A DNA stretch of 64,000 bases, taken from positions 145-64,144 of the forward strand of contig JBDKGO010000001.1 of assembly GCA_039798125.1 (NCBI GenBank). The letters run 5' to 3'. This document shows positions 9,485-19,032 of this stretch, one piece after another. The position numbers and the translations under genes were made by a program. How positions within the stretch are numbered: position 1 is the first letter of the stretch; each line of letters opens with the position of its first letter. This DNA is from Bacteroidota bacterium (GTDB lineage: Bacteria; Bacteroidota; Bacteroidia; Chitinophagales; Chitinophagaceae). Under the pieces are notes generated by a model. That model ran no database searches, was not told the DNA's origin, and worked only from the letters and a program-made list of their open reading frames with translations.

Positions 9485-10384
9485 TTAATTTTTAATTGGG
9501 TTGGTGCTCTTTTTAAATTCATAGATAATACTACTCCCTTTTGAAGCATCCCTTATTGCCATTAAATTAGAGATTAAACCTACAAATCCAGCTAATAGCG
9601 TACCTAATTTCCCAGACTTTCTGTACTTTTCACTTAATAAGCTAACATAAAAGCTATCATACCACATTGGCTTTATAGAAACTAATTCAAAACCAATTTC
9701 ATTCAATAAAATAGTCATTGATTTTGGTGTAAAATGGTATAAATGTCTTGGTAAATCATATGCTGCCCAATATTTTTTATAATATTTGGCATCAAAGCTA
9801 GTATAGTTAGGCACTGCAATAATAAGTCTACCATTCTGTCTCAAACTTTTATAACATTGATTTAAATAGGGCTTTAGCGCGTGTACATGTTCTAAAACAT
9901 GCCACATTGTAATTACTTCATACTCATTTATTGGTAATTCAAAAATGGTATCGGTTGATTGCAAATGCAGTTTATAATTTTCGTAGGCTCTTTCTCTAGT
10001 GGCAGCATCGGGTTCTAATCCAGTTACTTTCCAAGATTTCTGCTGCATTGCATGTACAAATGCGCCTGTACCTGCACCGATATCTAATACATGCCCTTTG
10101 TGTCCAGTAAAAAGTGATTGAATCCAATTTGTTTTTTGAGCTAAAGTCTTTGTCCTAATAAGATGGTATAATCGGTTCATCCAACCCTCTTTTACGTCCG
10201 TGTGAGAAATGTATGCTTCGAACTGATAATACTGCCCTATTTCATCTTGACTAGGTAAAGGACTTGTATATCTTACACTGCATTTGCTACAATGTAAAAT
10301 AGAAAAGGATGATTGTGTTAGTGAAAAGTCTTGACTTTCTATTGCGATTTGCGGATTGGAATAATTACAAACTGGACAGTTCAT
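9485..10384 (-). CDS. Class I SAM-dependent methyltransferase with N-terminal Zn ribbon
   Basis: CPVC...CSKC; VLDIGAGTG; MWHVLEH; YDLPRHLYHF; start placed at ATG 10384. Confidence 0.88.
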   Translation of the reverse strand: MNCPVCNYSNPQIAIESQDFSLTQSSFSILHCSKCSVRYTSPLPSQDEIGQYYQFEAYISHTDVKEGWMNRLYHLIRTKTLAQKTNWIQSLFTGHKGHVLDIGAGTGAFVHAMQQKSWKVTGLEPDAATRERAYENYKLHLQSTDTIFELPINEYEVITMWHVLEHVHALKPYLNQCYKSLRQNGRLIIAVPNYTSFDAKYYKKYWAAYDLPRHLYHFTPKSMTILLNEIGFELVSIKPMWYDSFYVSLLSEKYRKSGKLGTLLAGFVGLISNLMAIRDASKGSSIIYEFKKSTNPIKN

Positions 10385-10389
10385 ACTTT

Positions 10390-10884
10390 TTATTTTAAAA
10401 GGATTGCTACAATAGCGATTATGGCAATAATTAGAGGCAAGATCCACCATTGATTGGATGAAGTATTGAAATTATTTTCAGTCTGGTCTTCTATTTGTAC
10501 TTTATCTAAATGGATTGGTTGAAAATAATGAGCACTGTTATAATTGGATTCAAAAGTATAAGCATCATTTAGAATATTCAATTGACCTAAATTTCCTAAA
10601 TCAACAACATTAGAAGCAGATAATTGATTTGTAAAAAAAGCGGCATAATCAATAATGGCTTGTTCAATGCTACAATCTAAATGATCGGACAAGTATATAT
10701 AAAACAACTTATTTGGCTTCGTTGTAGGTTCAATAATAGCATCAAATACAATTTGATGTACAGGTGGTTGAAATTGACCATTCATTTGAATGGCATCTGT
10801 CTGATGCATTCTTAAATTTCCAATACCTGGTAAAACCAATTGTCCATGCTCCAAAAAATACTTTTCTAAAATGGTAAGCATCAT
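10390..10884 (-). CDS. HU-like (HU-CCDC81 type) domain protein with C-terminal TM anchor
   Basis: LEKYFLEHGQLVLPGIG and LGNLG motifs; hydrophobic C-terminus. Confidence 0.65.
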   Translation of the reverse strand: MMLTILEKYFLEHGQLVLPGIGNLRMHQTDAIQMNGQFQPPVHQIVFDAIIEPTTKPNKLFYIYLSDHLDCSIEQAIIDYAAFFTNQLSASNVVDLGNLGQLNILNDAYTFESNYNSAHYFQPIHLDKVQIEDQTENNFNTSSNQWWILPLIIAIIAIVAILLK

Positions 10885-12722
10885 TATTTTTTAAATTTAT
10901 ATTGAATTCCAGCAACAATTTGTACTCCTAGTGATGGATAATTTGCCCAACGTTGGTATTGTTGGTCTAACAAATTCTCCCCTTTACCCCAGAAAGTCCA
11001 ATGATCTGAAATGGTATACTGCATTCCTGCATTAAGTACAAAGGTATTGTTTAATTGGTAAGCATTTCCTAATCCAGCACTGGTTTTAGAACCAGTCCAA
11101 AATTGTCCAGAAGCATCCAATAAAAGTTTTTTATTGAATACCCAATTCAATTGAGAATTGAATTCAAAAGGAAGAATCCCCCATGCTTGAGTATTTTCAC
11201 GGATCAAATTAAATTGAATATACTTAAAGTTATTTTTCCATAATAATTTGTCGCTAAACTGATACCTTAAATTACCATCCAATTCGATAGCGATGGCTCT
11301 TTTTTCAAATAATACATCAAATTTTAAACCTTCCTGAACAGGGTTATTCTGTTGTTTACTTTGATTGAAAAAAGGTAATTCACGATAATCATTTAAAGAC
11401 ATATTGAATCCATAATTTAATCGCTTGCTCACAGATACCTGTACATTAAAATACTTAATTTCTTTCGAACTAATTGGCATACTACTTGGAGCAGAGATCC
11501 AATGATTTTGACCAATTAATTGAATAAGTTGATTACTGATTATACTTGTATTCCAACCTGCATCTAATACATAATTGGTATCTTTTAATTTTTTAGTTAA
11601 TTCGATTTTAGGGTACAATGCAAAATCACCATTTGCAATAGTTGGCCTTACCCCAATATTCAGTCGATACTGTGTTTTATTTAATTCAAGGGATGGATCA
11701 ATTTGAAAGATGGAATTATTACTTGAATTACTATTTACTAGGCTGTATTGATTATAACTAAAATTAAAATCAGCATGCAACTTTAAATCATTTTTTAGAC
11801 TATACATTACTGGGCTGTATAAATCTAATATAAGGTTATTTGCTTGGTTGATTAAATTACTATGATTGAATTTTAATATAGGTGCATAATTGAATCGCCC
11901 AGATACGACTTGTTTATTTATAAGTGAAAAGTTTGCGCCAATAACTGTCAATTTTTGTTCAAAATTCTTTAATGGTAAAAGGGTTGTATCAGGAACTAAT
12001 CCATAACGATATCTATTGGATTGATCGAAATAAACCTGTGTATTTAAAAACTTGTTTTTACTCATTGAGTAACGACCATTATAATTGAGCCCAAACTTAT
12101 TCCACTTTTGGATAGGATGCATCCCCTCTATGGATTCACGAAGGAGTCTTAAATGATGATCCTGAGATTTTTGATCTACCAAAGCCCCTTCTAATTGAAT
12201 GAATTGATTAAAATAATTACCCATGCCAATTTTAAGATTTGCGGATTGTCTTAAAGCAGTCATTGAATCAATTTTTATGGCTCTAGGTACCAAGGCAATT
12301 GGTTGGTACTGAAAACTTAAATTCTGGCTTGGAACTTGATACGACAAAAGAACTGAATTGGTATCAACCATTGCAGTTGCATTCAAAAATCCAATTTTAG
12401 CTACATTTTTTAATTGTGGTCTGAATGCAGACACAATTGTCACAACTTTATCTGGGATACTGTCAACTGAATACTTCTTCAATGGTAAACTTGTGATAGT
12501 AGTCAATGGAGTAATTGTATCCGTTATTTTATAGTTGGCAACACTAGGTCTTTTTTTAATTGAAGGCTTTTTTCTTGAGCTTGTTTTTTTATTAGACTTC
12601 TTTTTCTTTTTTGCGCTAATTGTGGTTTTTGCTTTCTTTTTGTTCTTTTTCTGTGCAATACCCATATTGCTAAAACAAATTAAAGCAACTACTAATAGAC
12701 CGTATCTTATAATTGATTTCAT
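10884..12722 (-). CDS. Outer-membrane beta-barrel protein (TonB-dependent-receptor-like), partner of the large TPR protein
   Basis: Signal peptide, amphipathic beta strands, ENLLDQQYQRW..YP..G and terminal YKF. Confidence 0.75.
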   Translation of the reverse strand: MKSIIRYGLLVVALICFSNMGIAQKKNKKKAKTTISAKKKKKSNKKTSSRKKPSIKKRPSVANYKITDTITPLTTITSLPLKKYSVDSIPDKVVTIVSAFRPQLKNVAKIGFLNATAMVDTNSVLLSYQVPSQNLSFQYQPIALVPRAIKIDSMTALRQSANLKIGMGNYFNQFIQLEGALVDQKSQDHHLRLLRESIEGMHPIQKWNKFGLNYNGRYSMSKNKFLNTQVYFDQSNRYRYGLVPDTTLLPLKNFEQKLTVIGANFSLINKQVVSGRFNYAPILKFNHSNLINQANNLILDLYSPVMYSLKNDLKLHADFNFSYNQYSLVNSNSSNNSIFQIDPSLELNKTQYRLNIGVRPTIANGDFALYPKIELTKKLKDTNYVLDAGWNTSIISNQLIQLIGQNHWISAPSSMPISSKEIKYFNVQVSVSKRLNYGFNMSLNDYRELPFFNQSKQQNNPVQEGLKFDVLFEKRAIAIELDGNLRYQFSDKLLWKNNFKYIQFNLIRENTQAWGILPFEFNSQLNWVFNKKLLLDASGQFWTGSKTSAGLGNAYQLNNTFVLNAGMQYTISDHWTFWGKGENLLDQQYQRWANYPSLGVQIVAGIQYKFKK

Positions 12723-12731
12723 AATATTTTG

Positions 12732-15712
12732 TTATTGAACTTTAATAGTTTCAGTGATTGCTTTCAGTTTATCAGAAGCAATTTGTTGTAAAGCTGGTAT
12801 GGTTGCATTTTCAGCTATACTTTTATAAGTTGCAATTGCATTAAAACTATCATTTTGAGCTAAGTAGATATCCCCTAATAAAATGTATGTTTTAGTCACC
12901 CAGAATTCATAAGAAGCTTGTTTTTTAATGACATCAAAGGCGGTCTTTTCTGCAATATTGTATTTTTGTTGATTGAAATAGATATATGCAGTTAAGTAAT
13001 GCGCCTCGGCAGTGTAAATTGAACTATTTGATTTTAATACTGTATTCAGTATTTGTAAAGCGCTAATCGTATCTTTTTGAGCAATTGTCTGTTGATACAA
13101 AGCCATATTTGCCATCAAAACATCATCTGTAGCACTATTTTTATTACCCAATATAAGCGCTGCAGTCTTGGAGGCTTCAATCCAATTTTCGGCCTTATAT
13201 TGACACCTTAATAGTCCTTTGATTGCTTCATTTTTTTGCTCTTGTTGTGTTGCATATTGTAATACTATATTAAAGTATTGTTCTGCACCAACATAATCTT
13301 TTAAATTGAAATAATACAGTCTAGCTGCTGTAATGGCTGCTCTTTCAGAAAATTGATTGGGCGCTTTATTTGCTATTTTTCCAAAATACACTGCAGCTGT
13401 ATCATATTGATCTAAAGAATAGGCCATTTCAGCTAAGTAATTCATAGCGTTCAATTGGTATTTACCCCCTGGGTAACCTTCCAGGTATTTTCTGAAACCA
13501 ATTGTAGCATTGTTATACTTCTTGTCTTCATATTGAATGATTGCAGCACGATACATCAATGAATCTTGTTCATTGAATGACAATGGTTTTCCAAAATCAT
13601 TCATAAATTGAACATAGGCTTCTGGTTGTTGTTCTTCTACAAAAATATTTCTGATGTATTCCAATGCATTGTCACTTTCGGCTGAATTCGGATAGGCACT
13701 ATACAAAGATTTAAAATTTTGTAATGCTTCTTGATTCTTATTCAAGTTAAAGTATACAATACCTAATTTATAATAGGCTAATGGGTAAAACTCTGTAGCC
13801 TTATTGTCTAATAAAACTTTAGACAATGGTGTAATTGCTTCTTGAAATTGCTCCTTGCTTGTATAGGTATCAGCTAATTCCATTCTAGCATCACTTAAAT
13901 ACTTGGATTGACTAAATTCAAGCTCATAGCTATTCAATATTTTTAGCTTCTCTTTATTTAACCCAAGTGCACCATAAATGATTGCTTTTTGCAAAGTGGC
14001 ATAATCCTCAAAATTCCAGCCTAAATCAATGATTTTTTGGTATGATTTCAATGCTTGCTTGTATTGTTTTGTCATAAATTGACAATCCGACAAACGTACT
14101 AATGCATCTTTCTGATAAGCAGAAGATTCGGCATATGGATTAAAATCTTATTATTCTTTAAATGACAGTAGCCTAAAGTATAATTTGCATGTTTTTTTGT
14201 GATTTCACCAATTTCAATAGGGTCTAAAATATATTTTTCTAGATGCTCTATTGCTTCGTCTATTCTACCCATTTTATAAGATAATTCTCCAATCCAAAAA
14301 TAGGTTTGTGCTAAAATGTTCTTATTATAAGGCAAATTTTTAACTTGAGTAAATAGTTCATAAGCTTTTTCATTTTGACCATCGTTGATAGCAAGTGCAG
14401 CTTTTCCAAATAATATATTAGGGTATAATTTCAAAAGTGCCTCTTCTAAAGTATCCATTTTTTGATAAGCTTCATAGGCCTTATTAAAATCATTGCTATA
14501 TGCCAAGGCGGTTACATATAAACTCTTTGCTTCATTATTATAAACACTATTAGGATATGTTTGAGTGAATTTTTCCACCGATTGTAATGCAACACTATAT
14601 TCTTTTAATTCGATCGATAATTTTGCATAATTAAATAATGCAATTTCTTTCTGAGCTAAATTCTGGCTTTTTGTAGCACAAAGAAAAAATGCATTTTTAG
14701 CGCCTAATTTATTGTTTGTTTTTAAATAAGAAGTTGCCAATAAGTACATACTATTTTGACCTAAAGAATCCTCTACATTCGCCAATTGTTTAAACCCTTG
14801 TATTGCTTCATTCCATTGCTGTGCTTGAAAATAACAAAAAGACAATTGGTATAAATCCTGTGATTCTACTTGTTTTTGAGATTGCACATAATTTGCTAAA
14901 TAAGGCAATGCTTTTTCATATTGTTTTTGCTCAAATAATAAATGCCCCATTAATTGAGCTAATTGACTAGTGTAATATTGTCCGTTCTTTTGTAATGCTT
15001 GTTCTGTATTTTTGATAGCTGCATCTACATCTCCTAAGAAATAATACAACTGACTGATATAAAATGGGGTTAATGTGCTATAAGCTTTATTTTGTTCTGC
15101 AATTTTAAAACAGCTTAATGCCAATTTGAAATCTTTTTGTTGTAAAGCAACAAAGCCTGCATAATAGTTTGCATCGGTATAAAATGGACTTGTTTGAACT
15201 TGTCTTATACTCATTAAATAACTTGTAGATTGATCCCAATCTCCTTTTTTAAAAAACAAATAACCTAACTGAAACTGCATTAAGGCAAGTTCATTATTTT
15301 CAAGGTCATCAATACTAATTTTTTGATATGCATGAATGGATGCATCTACTTGTTGTTTCTTAAAAAAATATTTTGCCAATTCAAAATTCAATCTAGAATG
15401 ATAGATCTTATTTGAATTATTTTTTAACCAATTTTCGGCTTGCTCAACTGCATTAGATTGCTCTAAAGCCACCGATAATAAATGGTAATGGAAAGCAATA
15501 TCTATCGCATTTGGCTCAAAAACATGCACAGATTGAATGGCGTGATAAGCAGCTAAACTATCCCCTTGCTGTAGGGATTTTAATCCATTTTGATATAATT
15601 GATTAAGTGGTGCCTCAAAATGCATTAATTGACTTGATACAGGCGTTGTGAAAAGCAAGGAAAAATTGAATAGCAATAGGATTGGACTTGCTTTTTTGAT
15701 GTGTTTTAACAT
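12732..15712 (-). pseudogene. Large (~1000 aa) TPR protein split into two frames near 14147 (real frameshift or assembly error)
   Basis: ORFs 14099-15712 and 12732-14093 are both TPR-rich; the 3' frame is open from 14147 (DFNPYAESSAYQKDALVRLSDC) while the 5' frame loses the TPR pattern after LGYCHLKNNK. Confidence 0.8.
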
Positions 15713-15835
15713 AGGAGCCGTTGTTTAGTAGGATAGTATTATAAAAATACACTTTGATTATAAAACGCTTCGTTAAATAAGCTTATTGTGGAAAAACAGA
15801 TACAATCCTTAAATTTGTCAACAAATGCAATAAAT

Positions 15836-16246
15836 ATGTATGAACATTCAACAACAGTAAGGGTAAGGTATGCGGAAACAGATAGAATGGATGTGGTGTA
15901 TTATGGGAATTATGCTATGTATTTTGAAATAGGTCGTGTAGAGGCGATTCGAAATCTTGGTATATCCTACAAGGATATTGAAGATATGGGCATCATTTTA
16001 CCTGTTGTAGAACTTAACATTAAGTATTTGAGACCAGCTAAATACGACGATTTAATTACCATTAAAAGTCAGATTAAGACTTTACCAACCGACCATAAAA
16101 TTATTTTTGACCAAGAAGTGTACAATGAAGCGGGAAAGCTTTTAACCGTTGGACAGGTTAAACTTTATTTCATGGATGCCTCCATGAATAATAAAATCGT
16201 AATGCCTGCTCAATTGAAGGAAAAACTAAGTGTCTATTTTAGTTAA
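15836..16246 (+). CDS. Acyl-CoA thioesterase (YbgC/4HBT family)
   Basis: VRVRYAETD.MDVVYYGNY..YFE.GR; TAAATTTG at 15810-15817 supports ATG 15836. Confidence 0.9.
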   Translation: MYEHSTTVRVRYAETDRMDVVYYGNYAMYFEIGRVEAIRNLGISYKDIEDMGIILPVVELNIKYLRPAKYDDLITIKSQIKTLPTDHKIIFDQEVYNEAGKLLTVGQVKLYFMDASMNNKIVMPAQLKEKLSVYFS

Positions 16247-16291
16247 ACCGCCTTTTTTGGGTTTACTTTGCAACCAAATTGAAGCACATTT

Positions 16292-17551
16292 ATGATGGAT
16301 CAAATACAGGCTACTATTATCACCATTGGAGACGAATTGTTAATCGGTCAAGTCATTGATACCAATAGTGCTTATATTGCTCAAAAGTTAAATTCAATTG
16401 GTGTGCAAGTGCATCAAAGAATTGCAGTTGGTGACGAGGCCCAATCCATCACCAAAGCGCTGGATACGGCCATTGAAAAATGTCAGATTGTAATTATCAC
16501 AGGAGGATTAGGCCCAACTGCAGACGATATCACCAAACCTTTATTGAATCGATATTTTGGTGGTAAAATGGTGCTTGACCAACCTACTTTAGACCATATC
16601 ACTTATATTTTTGAGCAGGTTCACAAGCGACCAATGATTGAACGAAATCGAAAACAAGCAGAAGTACCAGATGTTTGCGAGGTTTTATTCAATCAAACAG
16701 GCACTGCACCAGGTATGCTTTTTCAGAAAAACAATCGTCTAATTTTTTCATTACCAGGTGTGCCCCACGAAATGCAATGGTTAACGAATGAAAAGGTTTT
16801 ACCAATTATACTTGAAAGACTTAAATTAGGCGTCATTGCGCATAGAACATTGCTTACGGCAGGTGTCGGAGAGTCCTTCTTAGCTGAATCTATCCAATCA
16901 TTTGAAACAAATCTTCCCGAAAATATCAAATTAGCCTACCTACCCTCCTATGGTATGGTTAGATTAAGATTGACAGGCAAAAGTGATGACGCTGCTAGTT
17001 TAAATAGTCAATTAGACAACCTTTTTGAACAATTAAAGGAACTGGTAAAAGAGCACCTTGTTACAGATAAAGATGAAACGATAGAAGTGGTTGTTGGACG
17101 ACTTTTGAAAGCGCAAAACCACACCGTTTCGACCGCCGAAAGTTGTACAGGAGGTTATATTGGCCATCTTTTATCAAAACATGCTGGTTCATCCACCTTT
17201 TTCACAGGGAGTATTGTTAGTTATGATAATCGTATCAAAACCGAGTTTTTAGACGTCCCAACCAGTATTTTAAAAACGGTTGGTGCTGTTAGCAAGGAAG
17301 CTGTTGAACAAATGGCCATAGCAATAAGAACAAAAATGAACACTGATTATGGTATTTCAGTCTCTGGTATCATGGGGCCATCTGGTCAAACTGACGAAAA
17401 ACCACTTGGAATGGTGTGGATTGGGGTAGCCAATAAAGAAAAAGTGCTTTCTAAAGTCTTTTACCTCCGATTTGATCGTCAAAAGAATATAGAAGTAACG
17501 GCCAATCAAGCTATAAATTTACTTAGGTTACTCATAATCAATAAGATTTAG
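16292..17551 (+). CDS. cinA: CinA family protein (MoCF-like domain + PncC NMN deamidase)
   Basis: IGDELLIG..IDTNS, GGLGPTADDIT, GTAPG, AESCTGG, GAVS. Confidence 0.93.
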   Translation: MMDQIQATIITIGDELLIGQVIDTNSAYIAQKLNSIGVQVHQRIAVGDEAQSITKALDTAIEKCQIVIITGGLGPTADDITKPLLNRYFGGKMVLDQPTLDHITYIFEQVHKRPMIERNRKQAEVPDVCEVLFNQTGTAPGMLFQKNNRLIFSLPGVPHEMQWLTNEKVLPIILERLKLGVIAHRTLLTAGVGESFLAESIQSFETNLPENIKLAYLPSYGMVRLRLTGKSDDAASLNSQLDNLFEQLKELVKEHLVTDKDETIEVVVGRLLKAQNHTVSTAESCTGGYIGHLLSKHAGSSTFFTGSIVSYDNRIKTEFLDVPTSILKTVGAVSKEAVEQMAIAIRTKMNTDYGISVSGIMGPSGQTDEKPLGMVWIGVANKEKVLSKVFYLRFDRQKNIEVTANQAINLLRLLIINKI

Positions 17552-17577
17552 TCTTATTTTTGCTAAAATTATTCCCT

Positions 17578-19032
17578 ATGTCTGTAGTTGACTTGATTTT
17601 GCCAAAATTGGGTGAAAGTATCATGGAAGCAACCATTTTAAAATGGCATAAAGCTGTAGGAGATACCATTCAATTAGATGAAACTTTACTTGATATTGCA
17701 ACAGATAAAGTAGACAGCGAAATACCTTCAAGCACGGCAGGTACCATTACAGAAATTTTATTTGAAGTCAATACAGTAGTGCCTATTGGGACTGTTATTG
17801 CTAGAATACAAACAAGTGGTAGTATTGAAACCACACCAAAAGCTGAAACCGTTCAGGCAGCTCCTATCATAAAGGAAACTTTACCAGCTGAAATTAATGT
17901 TGAAGAAGTTCCTTTCACACCAACTGCTACAAATGTTGAAATGCATCAAGAAAATTCAAATGAAGCTCGATTCTTTTCTCCATTGGTTTTGAATATCGCA
18001 CAAAATGAAGGTGTAAGTTTCAATGAATTACAAAACATTCCTGGTACAGGAAGTCAAGGACGTGTTTCTAAAAAAGATATTCTACAATATATTGCTCAGA
18101 AAAAAGCTGGACATATTCAAGCACCAGTAGTAAACCAAGCATCTGCTTCGCAAGTTCAACCAAGTGTTGCATCCCTTTCTACTAATAACAATACTATTCC
18201 TCAAGTTCCATCTTCAAATAGCTCAAATACTTTCCCTCCTGCAGACTATGGATTTAATACATCAAATGGCGCAGGTAAATTTGCTAGTCCAGATGAGGTA
18301 ATCATTACTGGCAATACCGAAATTATTGAAATGGATCGTATGCGTAAGCTTATTGCTAAGCATATGGTTGAAAGTGTACAAACTAGTCCGCATGTAACTT
18401 CATTTGTGGAAGCAGATGTCACCAATATGGTTGTTTGGAGAGAGAAAGTAAAACAACTTTTTGAAAAAAGAGAAGGCACTAAATTGACATTTACTCCAAT
18501 GTTCATGGAGTGTATCGCAAAAGTGTTGGAACAATTTCCTTATATCAATTGTAGTTTACAAGGTGAAAATATTATTTTAAAGAAAGATATCAATATAGGC
18601 ATGGCCACTGCCCTACCATCAGGCAACTTAATTGTGCCAGTGATTAAAGGTGCAAATCAATTGAGTATTGTTGGCCTGAGTAAGGCAGTAAACAATTTGG
18701 CAAATGCTGCTAGAAACAATCAATTAAAACCTCAGGACACACAAGGTGGTACATTTACAGTAACCAATGTAGGTACATTTGGATCCATTATGGGCACTCC
18801 AATCATACCTCAGCCTCAAGTGGCAATTCTAGCATTAGGGGCTATAAAAAAACGCCCAGTGGTGATTGAAACACCTTCGGGAGATGCTATTCTTGTTCGT
18901 CACATGATGTATTTATCTATGAGCTATGATCATAGAATTGTTGATGGTGCTATGGGTTCAAGTTTCCTTTCTGCAGTTGCAAAAGCTTTTGAACAATGGG
19001 ATCCAAATAGACAATGGTTCCAGTATGTTTAA
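17578..19032 (+). CDS. 2-oxo-acid dehydrogenase E2 dihydrolipoamide acyltransferase (probably branched-chain type)
   Basis: Lipoyl TDKVDSE, E3-binding GTGSQGRVSKKD, catalytic YDHRIVDG; TATTTTTG at 17555-17562 supports ATG 17578. Confidence 0.9.
   Translation: MSVVDLILPKLGESIMEATILKWHKAVGDTIQLDETLLDIATDKVDSEIPSSTAGTITEILFEVNTVVPIGTVIARIQTSGSIETTPKAETVQAAPIIKETLPAEINVEEVPFTPTATNVEMHQENSNEARFFSPLVLNIAQNEGVSFNELQNIPGTGSQGRVSKKDILQYIAQKKAGHIQAPVVNQASASQVQPSVASLSTNNNTIPQVPSSNSSNTFPPADYGFNTSNGAGKFASPDEVIITGNTEIIEMDRMRKLIAKHMVESVQTSPHVTSFVEADVTNMVVWREKVKQLFEKREGTKLTFTPMFMECIAKVLEQFPYINCSLQGENIILKKDINIGMATALPSGNLIVPVIKGANQLSIVGLSKAVNNLANAARNNQLKPQDTQGGTFTVTNVGTFGSIMGTPIIPQPQVAILALGAIKKRPVVIETPSGDAILVRHMMYLSMSYDHRIVDGAMGSSFLSAVAKAFEQWDPNRQWFQYV

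Noticed and set aside
14156-14162. Slippery heptamer T-TTA-AAG (minus strand) as a programmed -1 frameshift joining the TPR halves
   Set aside because: The -1 frame hits two TAA stops (14148-14153) right after it, so slippage there cannot reach the downstream ORF
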